Of a DNA stretch of 64,000 nt, positions 24,618-31,578 are shown piece by piece. Location of the stretch: positions 138,529 through 202,528 of the forward strand of contig CAVQJC010000015.1 in assembly GCA_963712745.1 (NCBI GenBank), given 5' to 3'. A program made the position numbers and the translations under genes. Under the pieces are notes generated by a model, which worked only from the letters and a program-made list of their open reading frames with translations, did no database searches and was not told the origin of the DNA. Position 1 is the stretch's first letter; the number at the start of each line of letters is the position of its first letter. The DNA comes from an uncultured Chloroflexia bacterium (GTDB taxonomy: Bacteria; Chloroflexota; Limnocylindria; Limnocylindrales; CSP1-4).

Positions 24618-24935
24618 CGGACGTCTCCCATGCGGTCCTGATCGATCTCGAGAATGGGCCTAAGTCGGGCCCCGTGCATCGGTCGCAGCCTCAGACCCCG
24701 ACTCAACTGGGTGGATGTCGACGCCGCTCGGCGGGCCAGGGTCCGGGTGGATCGGCGGCGCAGCCGCGACATGTCTGCCGACGACCGTATGGAGCTCACA
24801 GCTTGTGGAAAACCGGGTCGACAGTGAAGTTGCCGTCTGGCACGCTAGCCGCCTTCAAGGTCGCCGTCGGTGCGGTCGAGGGAGCCGACGCCTTCGGTCC
24901 GACCACAGTGGGGGCAGGAGAAGAAGAGGAGCCTC

Positions 24936-25157
24936 ATGAAGCGGAAGATGCTCGCGATCGTGGCTGCCACAGCGTTCGCCACGGCCAGTCTGGCTGCACC
25001 TACGACGGCGGCCACGGAGGCGGAGATCCAGGCCTGCGTAGACGAAGCGACGACCATCCTGCTCAACAACCCGAGGTATCGCGCTTTCAGGTGGGTCATC
25101 AAGCTGGGCATCTGGGATGCGACCCTGAGGGCCAGCTGCGTGCGGACCCTGGGCTAG
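24936..25157 (+). CDS. Small secreted peptide (73 aa) with two Cys
   Basis: SD GAGGAG; Sec signal MKRKMLAIVAATAFATASLAA; strong terminator follows. Confidence 0.65.
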   Translation: MKRKMLAIVAATAFATASLAAPTTAATEAEIQACVDEATTILLNNPRYRAFRWVIKLGIWDATLRASCVRTLG

Positions 25158-25176
25158 CTGTCCGGCCGACCGTCAT

Positions 25177-25208
25177 GAAAGGCCCGTCCCGCGAGGGACG
25201 GGCCTTTC
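25177..25208 (+). terminator. Intrinsic terminator
   Basis: GAAAGGCCCGTCCC-GCGA-GGGACGGGCCTTTC followed by pyrimidines. Confidence 0.8.
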
Positions 25209-25257
25209 TCCTTCTGATGGGTGCTCGTGCAGGGATCACGCGTCCCCCCACGGGGAT

Positions 25258-25300
25258 GAGTTGGGCCCGATGGGCAAGAGTTGGGCCCGATGGGCAAGAG
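25258..25300. repeat. 20-bp tandem duplication
   Basis: GAGTTGGGCCCGATGGGCAA x2. Confidence 0.85.
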
Positions 25301-25437
25301 CTCGTACCTGAAGACATCGACGCGACACCCGGCAGCGGCACTGAGCCTGAGCGACTCTTCGTTCCTGCTGGACCGGCTCCAGATGTCTTCCCGGCGACTG
25401 GGCGGCCTGTCGGAAACGGGACCGTGAGCGGCGCGAA

Positions 25438-25695
25438 CTAGATGCCGAGGCCCACGATCCTCGCGTTCAGCAAGGCCACGTAGCCGCACGGGTCACACGT
25501 CAGTACGACAAAGCGGAAGCCACTCTCGTGCGCGATCCTCGTCCCGTTCGCGTCGGCCACGAAGCCGGGCATGAAGGACATCGAATTCTCCACCGACCAC
25601 TCGTCTTCATGACCAGCCGGGCAGCGCGCCTGGCCCATCCAATGCGCATCCAGCCAGCTCTGGATGATCGTCGTCTGCTCGTCGGTAAGAGTCAT
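25438..25695 (-). CDS. Small zinc-ribbon-like protein
   Basis: CPAGH...W...LTCDPCGYV. Confidence 0.65.
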   Translation of the reverse strand: MTLTDEQTTIIQSWLDAHWMGQARCPAGHEDEWSVENSMSFMPGFVADANGTRIAHESGFRFVVLTCDPCGYVALLNARIVGLGI

Positions 25696-25785
25696 GCTGT
25701 CCCCATGTGCGTCGAATCGGCCACGGTAGCCGCAACGGGGAGTGTATGACGGAGCCTCAGGGATAGGATGACGAAGCTGACTGGC

Positions 25786-26280
25786 CTATTCCTCGTCGGG
25801 AAAGGAACTCGTCGGACTCGGCGACGTAGAACCGGCGGCCCTGGGGCGCTTCCTACCCTCGCCGTAGCGGCGTCGGTACCACGTGCGATAGGCAAGCCAT
25901 GCGAGTCCGGCCAGCACCAGTGGCCCAAGGATGACCGAAGCGAGGAGCGGGAGGTCGGCCGCAGGACTGACCGTGTACTGGTAGATGCCCGCCAGCACAG
26001 CGACCGGGACCGCGACCAGCCGAAATGGCCGGACGTATAGCAGTTTGTGGGCCAGCGCTGTCATCGGGGGCGCTGTCCCCGTGCCGCAGTACTCGCAAAC
26101 CGCGCCGTCGACGGGCTCGCCGCAGACGCGACACTCGGCCGACGGCTCCGGTTCTTCGCGCGGGACACCCACCTCGGGTACGTCGCCTGGCGGCGGCCAC
26201 GCCGAGCCGTCCGGTCCCATCCTCGGGCGGACGGCCGCCATCCCGTACTTGCGGAGCCGGCGGCGAGTGCCTTCATCCAT
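25786..26280 (-). CDS. Zinc-ribbon protein with two TM helices
   Basis: CRVCG...CEYCG then two hydrophobic segments; start uncertain. Confidence 0.55.
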   Translation of the reverse strand: MDEGTRRRLRKYGMAAVRPRMGPDGSAWPPPGDVPEVGVPREEPEPSAECRVCGEPVDGAVCEYCGTGTAPPMTALAHKLLYVRPFRLVAVPVAVLAGIYQYTVSPAADLPLLASVILGPLVLAGLAWLAYRTWYRRRYGEGRKRPRAAGSTSPSPTSSFPDEE

Positions 26281-26356
26281 CGCGTTCCTGGCGCGAGCAT
26301 CAGGGCTCCTTCTCCCCGGGTCAAGGGCCGGACGGACCGCCTGCTCCTCGGTGGTC

Positions 26357-26399
26357 AGGACCTCCGTCACTTGACCCTCGTGATGGCCAGGAGTGTCAT
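26357..26399 (+). promoter_or_regulatory. Operator plus promoter (cassette 2)
   Basis: AGGACCTCCGTCAC-TTGACC-17 nt-TGTCAT. Confidence 0.6.
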
Positions 26400-26407
26400 A
26401 CGACCTA

Positions 26408-26482
26408 GCGGGAGGCTGTGAGGCACGGTCCGCGTACGTTGGCCGCCTGAGCCGTGCCGAGCCACTGGCGAACCCGGCCCGT
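26408..26482 (+). ncRNA. c-di-GMP-II-like riboswitch variant, copy 2
   Basis: Same core as copy 4 with compensatory stem changes (GCACGG/CCGTGC). Confidence 0.7.
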
Positions 26483-26504
26483 GCACAAGCCATGGAGGCT
26501 TGAC

Positions 26505-27050
26505 ATGCATGCGCTGCGAGTATCGACCGCCGGGACGGTCATCCTCATGCTGGTCGCCAGCCTGTCGTCGGCGGTGGGAGCACAAGAGACGGAGGCAGAC
26601 TCGATGGCCCCGGCCCACTTCACCTACACGCTCGAGTCGCTCGTGGAGCCCTCGATGGGCGACGGCGACGGATTCACCAGAGAGGTGCGAGGCGTTCTGG
26701 AGAAGGAGGAGGTCGAAGCCAGTGACCCGCGAGCATCTGGGTTGATGACCACGTACGGTCACGCGAACCTGGTGGAGGTCGATGGCGGTGGCTTCCTGGT
26801 CGGAGCCATGAACGTGGCGCTGGCCAACGATGGCGGCGCGTGGTCGGGTACGGGCACGGTGGTGCAGATAGTGGTCGAGGACGGCGGTGCCATGTGGCAA
26901 GCCGTGTTGACTGGAGAGGATGGCTACGACGGGCTGACCCTCATCATGACCCAGTACTACGACGACAACGCCCAGACGCGTCGGGGGGTCATCGTCCCGA
27001 CCGACCAGATGCCTCCGCAGCCTGACCCCGTCGAAGCGGTGGCTGAGTGA
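26505..27050 (+). CDS. Secreted DPRxSG-family protein (paralogue 3)
   Basis: SD GGAGG; signal peptide ending VGAQ; ASDPRASG, NDGGAWSG, LTGEDGYDGL. Confidence 0.85.
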   Translation: MHALRVSTAGTVILMLVASLSSAVGAQETEADSMAPAHFTYTLESLVEPSMGDGDGFTREVRGVLEKEEVEASDPRASGLMTTYGHANLVEVDGGGFLVGAMNVALANDGGAWSGTGTVVQIVVEDGGAMWQAVLTGEDGYDGLTLIMTQYYDDNAQTRRGVIVPTDQMPPQPDPVEAVAE

Positions 27051-27340
27051 CGACTCGGCACAAGGAAACTTCCCGTCTGCGCATGGCGATCGCCCCTGAC
27101 GGGGACGGTCTCCTGGCTCCCTGAGACAGAGTACGCGGGCTTCATCTACGAGGGCGCGCCGCCCGCGGGTGCTGGACACCGACGAAGTACCAACCGAGTG
27201 ATCGGCTCGTGGCGACGCGGTTGCCTGCGGCGTGACGCCAGGCGCTCAGGTCAAGGGCTGGACGGCACGCGGGATGGCTGCGCCCGCGCAGGTGTGCTCA
27301 GGCGAGGTTCACGAATCGGCATCAGAGCTCGCTCTACCGC

Positions 27341-28021
27341 CTACTCGGCGGACAGGATCCTGAAGGTGTCGGCGATGGGCTGGATGGCCCAGTTCGCGTA
27401 GAACGGCTCGCTCGGCCAGGGCACTTCAGAGCGACTGCCATCAGGCAGCCACGGGGTCAGCACGCAGGCCAGCACGTAGTCCCGGTCCCCGGCATCGAAG
27501 TGGTAGGCGACGAAGACCTCGCCGCTCGGCTGCCTGAAACTCAGGCTCACCGGCCCCCCGAGCCTCAGGGTCCCGATGCTCCACTCCGGAGCGCACTCGT
27601 ACTCGCCGGTGAGAGGGCCGATCACCCGGTCGGCCGCTTCCCATGCGTCCTCGCCCCAGGATTCGTCGGCGTCGCGCGGGAAACAGCCCCCGGCCGTGGG
27701 GGCGTCACCCGTGGCCACGTACACCGTGCAAGTGGAGCCGATGTCCGGCGGGTCGGCTGCCATGACCGGCCGCAGCCCGGTGCGCTCGATCGGTTCCGGG
27801 TCTTGGGCTGGTGTCCTGTCGACCCTCCAGCCTGTGGGCAGGTCCACCGAGAAACCCTCGGCCGACATCTCGTAGTGGCTCCGCTCGCTCTCGAGCCCGA
27901 GGAGCATCTCATCCCACCGCCCCGGGTCATTCGCGTCACGCATCCACACGAGTCCGGTAGCCAACAGGATCACGATGACGACCATGACCACGACGACGAT
28001 GAGCCAGACCTTGCGTTCCAT
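27341..28021 (-). CDS. Membrane-anchored protein with GFxVDLPxxW (PsbP-like?) domain
   Basis: N-terminal TM; GFSVDLPTGW...TCTV...YVLAC...IADTFRIL. Confidence 0.65.
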   Translation of the reverse strand: MERKVWLIVVVVMVVIVILLATGLVWMRDANDPGRWDEMLLGLESERSHYEMSAEGFSVDLPTGWRVDRTPAQDPEPIERTGLRPVMAADPPDIGSTCTVYVATGDAPTAGGCFPRDADESWGEDAWEAADRVIGPLTGEYECAPEWSIGTLRLGGPVSLSFRQPSGEVFVAYHFDAGDRDYVLACVLTPWLPDGSRSEVPWPSEPFYANWAIQPIADTFRILSAE

Positions 28022-28164
28022 CCGGTATGCCTCGACTGCGAGGAGCCCCATCCTCCTCCGCACCTCACCCAGCTGGTCAAGTGACGTATGGCTCATGCAG
28101 TGTCGTGGGCGAGGATGTCAGTCTTACGGACCGCCACCTACTGACTGCCGACGGGAGCGTTACG

Positions 28165-28779
28165 ATGCCCGGCTCGTGGTTCTACAACCTCATCTACCGC
28201 TTCGGCGCACCGTGGGAGATCGGGGTCCGCACGGAGCTCAAGGAGCTCGTCGAGAGCGGGCGCCTTCGACCAGCGCCCGGTGAAACGGCGATCGACCTCG
28301 GCTGCGGCACCGGCGCCAACACGCTCTTCCTCGCCGAGTCCGGCTGGGAGACCGTCGGTGTCGATTTCTCGCCGGTGGCGGTCGATAAGGCGAGAGCACG
28401 CGCTCGCGAGGCCGGCGGCTTCGACAACCTCCGCTTCGTGGTCGGTGATCTCTCCGGCACGACGCTGCAGGGCGCAGAGGGACCGTTCGACTTCCTGCTG
28501 GACTACGGCACGCTCGACGACCTCCAGGAGCCGCATCGCACGCGTATGGCGCAGCTCATCACGCGCATCGCAGCACCAAACGCGCGCTTCCTGATGTGGT
28601 GCTTCTACGGCCGATCCGAGGCCATGCCTCGACCGATGCGAGGACGGATATCGACGAGCATCGAGCCGGGCGAATTGGAGGAGAGGTTCGGTGCCGAGTG
28701 GGACATCGAGGAGTTGGCAGGCATGACCGGGGAGCCCAAGACCGCCCTGTTCCTCCTGACCCGCAAGGCGTCGGGCTGA
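28165..28779 (+). CDS. Class I SAM-dependent methyltransferase
   Basis: APWEIG, AIDLGCGTG, VGVDFS, FDFLLDYG. Confidence 0.9.
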   Translation: MPGSWFYNLIYRFGAPWEIGVRTELKELVESGRLRPAPGETAIDLGCGTGANTLFLAESGWETVGVDFSPVAVDKARARAREAGGFDNLRFVVGDLSGTTLQGAEGPFDFLLDYGTLDDLQEPHRTRMAQLITRIAAPNARFLMWCFYGRSEAMPRPMRGRISTSIEPGELEERFGAEWDIEELAGMTGEPKTALFLLTRKASG

Positions 28780-28898
28780 ACCAGGCGACGCTGGGCCGCG
28801 GGTGTGCTCACCCAGGCTTCAGGAAAGGCAGCTCGCCGGCCTCTGCTCCACCTCCGGAAGGAACGCGGGGGGTCTCGGCGATGGAGGTCCAGCCGGTC

Positions 28899-28990
28899 GG
28901 GACCTCGGTCACTTGCCCCGGCGCTGAACAGGAGTCCGATGGGTCGTAGCGGGAGGCCGTGACGTCCGACTCGCGTACGTTGGCCGCCTG
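28899..28990 (+). ncRNA. Operator/promoter plus 5' half of the riboswitch-like element (truncated copy 3)
   Basis: GGGACCTCGGTCAC-TTGCCC; GCGGGAGGCCGTGACG...TTGGCCGCCTG stops at 28990. Confidence 0.65.
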
Positions 28991-28995
28991 CGCAG

Positions 28996-29038
28996 GTGAC
29001 GTCCGTCACTTGACCCCGTCACCTGCGGGGAGTGTCAT
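28996..29038 (+). promoter_or_regulatory. Operator plus promoter (cassette 4)
   Basis: GTGACGTCCGTCAC-TTGACC-17 nt-TGTCAT. Confidence 0.6.
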
Positions 29039-29046
29039 ACGTGGTA

Positions 29047-29121
29047 GCGGGAGGCCGTGAAGCCCGACTCGCGTACGTTGGCCGCCTGAGTCGCTCCGAG
29101 CCACTGGCGAACCCGACCCGT
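29047..29121 (+). ncRNA. c-di-GMP-II-like riboswitch variant, copy 4
   Basis: P1 GCGGG/CCCGT, GGC/GCC, kink-turn-like UGAA/GA, CGACTC/GAGTCG, pseudoknot CGCC/GGCG and TTGG/CCGA. Confidence 0.7.
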
Positions 29122-29143
29122 GTATGAGCCAGGGAGGCGTGTC

Positions 29144-29707
29144 ATGCGTACGTTGCGACCGTTGCTCGCAGGGATGGTCAGCGTGGGGCTGGTCGCCAGC
29201 CTCTCCTTGACCGTGGTCGCGCAAGAGACAGAGACGGATCCGATGGCCCCGGCCTACTTCACGTTCACCAGGGGGATGGCCTCGAAGTCGATCGGCGGGG
29301 AGGTCGAGGCTATCGACGGCGACGGCTTTCCCGTTCTGCGTGGCCAGATGGAGGTCGATATCCCGGTCGAAGCGAGCGACCCACGAGCATCAGGCCTCTG
29401 GACCTTCGCCTTGAATGCGGACTTCGTGGAGGCCGCCGGCGGTACCGTCGGGATGGACACCAGGAGCAATCGGCTCGTCAACGACGATGGGGCGTGGAGA
29501 GGTACGGGTACGGCCATCTCCGCCTTCGTCGAGGATGGTGACTTCGCCGCGGGCCTGACCGTGCTGACCGGCGAGGGAGCCTACGCGGGCCTGAGCCTCA
29601 TCTTCAGCCAGACCTATGAGGATGGTGGGGAGTCGTACTGGGGCATCATCCTCCCGAGCGACAAGGTCCCACCGTTCCCGGACCCCACGGCACCATCAGC
29701 CGAATAG
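29144..29707 (+). CDS. Secreted DPRxSG-family protein (paralogue 4)
   Basis: SD GGGAGG; signal peptide ending VVAQ; ASDPRASG, NDDGAWRG, LTGEGAYAGL. Confidence 0.85.
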   Translation: MRTLRPLLAGMVSVGLVASLSLTVVAQETETDPMAPAYFTFTRGMASKSIGGEVEAIDGDGFPVLRGQMEVDIPVEASDPRASGLWTFALNADFVEAAGGTVGMDTRSNRLVNDDGAWRGTGTAISAFVEDGDFAAGLTVLTGEGAYAGLSLIFSQTYEDGGESYWGIILPSDKVPPFPDPTAPSAE

Positions 29708-29870
29708 CCACCACACGCGAAGGGGGAATGGCATGAGTGCGTTGCGCTCGTCCTTCGTTGGCATCGTCGTCGAAGGGGCGATGCCCCCGATGCCCGAGCC
29801 GCTGGAGCCAACCGCCCCTTAGCCGTTTCGCGCCGCCTCGGCTGCTTGCGGCGTCGGAGCGGGTGTGCTC

Positions 29871-31145
29871 CTACGCGGGGAACATCTCCTCGAGCTCGGC
29901 GCGGAGGCCGTCGCGGACAGCCTTGTGCGAGAAGTGGCGCAGGCCGGCGGCGTAGTTGACCTCGGCCCGCTCGGCGATGCTGGCCGGGTCGTCGAGCAGA
30001 GCACGCGTCTCCTCGACCACGGCCTCGGTCACGAAGCCGTTCATCTCGACGTTGCGGAACCCCTTGGGCCGGATGTCCAGGTCGTAGACCGGGTAGCGGT
30101 TCACGAAGACTGGCCTGCGATGGTAGACAGCCTCCAGATAGGCATTGCCGAAGCCCTCGATGAGCGAGGGATAGGCCACGAGGTCGCAGGCGTCGTACAT
30201 GTCGCCCAGCGCATAGATCGTCCGTCCGTCCGCACCCCGACCGCGCCCGATGTCGGCCACCCGGTCGGCCGCCCACAGCAGGTCCACGTCGAGCAGCCGG
30301 GCGAACTCCCGCAGGCGTGCCTCGTACTCCATGCCCTCGTCGCCGCTGGCGTGGGAGATGACCAGCCGAGCCGGCCGACCCAGGCGCGCAACCAGCTCGA
30401 TGGCGTGCTCGAGCCCCTTGCGAGGGACCACGCGCACGGGCGCCAGCACGAAGAGCTCATCGTCGGCCAGCCCCAGGTCTGCGCGCAGGTCGGCAGTGAC
30501 CTCGTCGGGCCGTATCGGCGGGTCCTCGAAATCCATGACGTTGGGAATCACTCGGGCGCTGCGTCCCAGGCGTCGGGCGATCTGCTCACGCTGCGTGGTG
30601 TTGATGCAGGCGTGGCGCACGTTCGGCAACGCCGGCGGGAACGCCGCACTGATGATGTCGTGGACGCTGTTGACCAGGAAGCGCTGCCGCTCCCAGGGCA
30701 GATCGTGGTGATGCGCGAGCACCGCCATGCCCGACTCGGCCGCCAGCTGCGTGATGGCCAGCCCCAGCGGCAAGTGCATGGGGATGGTCAGGGCGTTCTC
30801 CGGGATGAGCAGGTCAAGCTCGAGATCCCGCACGAACGAGTGCAGGGCCGACTTCAGATGGGCCGTGAGCTCGTCGATCTGGCGGGAGACCGACTCGGGC
30901 CGCCCAGATGACGCATCGCCGAAGACGGCATCGTTGATGGCCGCAACGTCGGGATGGCCGAAGAACGCTTCGGGCACCTCGCGGCTCTTCTCCGGCGGCC
31001 GGTCGACGATGCCTGCGAAGTAGCAGACGTCGTGGCCCATCGCCCGCAGCTCGACAGCCCACTTCTCCGACTCCAGGGAAACGCCGTCGGTCCCCGCGAA
31101 GCGGGTGCCCACGAAACCGATGCGCAGGGGTCGCGTCTCAGCCAT
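29871..31145 (-). CDS. GT4 glycosyltransferase, mannosylglucosylglycerate-synthase-like
   Basis: TRFAGTDGVSLE..KW, HHHD..WER, RVVPRKGLEHAI, YPSLIEGFGNA. Confidence 0.8.
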   Translation of the reverse strand: MAETRPLRIGFVGTRFAGTDGVSLESEKWAVELRAMGHDVCYFAGIVDRPPEKSREVPEAFFGHPDVAAINDAVFGDASSGRPESVSRQIDELTAHLKSALHSFVRDLELDLLIPENALTIPMHLPLGLAITQLAAESGMAVLAHHHDLPWERQRFLVNSVHDIISAAFPPALPNVRHACINTTQREQIARRLGRSARVIPNVMDFEDPPIRPDEVTADLRADLGLADDELFVLAPVRVVPRKGLEHAIELVARLGRPARLVISHASGDEGMEYEARLREFARLLDVDLLWAADRVADIGRGRGADGRTIYALGDMYDACDLVAYPSLIEGFGNAYLEAVYHRRPVFVNRYPVYDLDIRPKGFRNVEMNGFVTEAVVEETRALLDDPASIAERAEVNYAAGLRHFSHKAVRDGLRAELEEMFPA

Positions 31146-31578
31146 GTGCGCAAGGTACACGGCCGTGACCCTCGCGAGCAGGACGGTTCTTCGCAGTCAT
31201 CGAACGAACGGGCTCCGAACCGCCAGGTGGCTCGACGATGGAGCCTGCGCGCGGCGGTGGGCATGCCCCGCCACGCTCGAGATTCGCGAGTGGCGGCGGC
31301 CGTGGTCGCTCGCGGGCCTCGGTCATGGCCCGATCAGGGCCGGGACGCCCAAGATCGTTCATTCATCGCGAAGAGTCGGCCAGCTAGCTCGCCGCGGGCG
31401 GCCTCATGGACCGCGACTTCACACGAGAGTCGAACACATCGGGGCCGATCGGCGTCGGTGGCACGATCGGTCGCCCCGGCCGGCGCCAGAGGCGAACCTG
31501 TTCCTCGACCGTGTGGAGCTGCCCACCGCTCGAGGGCTGTGGCGATGTCGGCGCCGCTGCTCTCTCCCAGAGGCGCGC

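Noticed and set aside
19972-29822. Integron cassette array or prophage
   Set aside because: No integrase, no attC-like RYYYAAC...GTTRRRY elements and no phage genes; the repeats are 5' regulatory units.
31205-31246. Fluoride riboswitch (AACCGCC...GGCT)
   Set aside because: The 5' GAUG-containing P1/pseudoknot is missing and no matching downstream gene lies on that strand.
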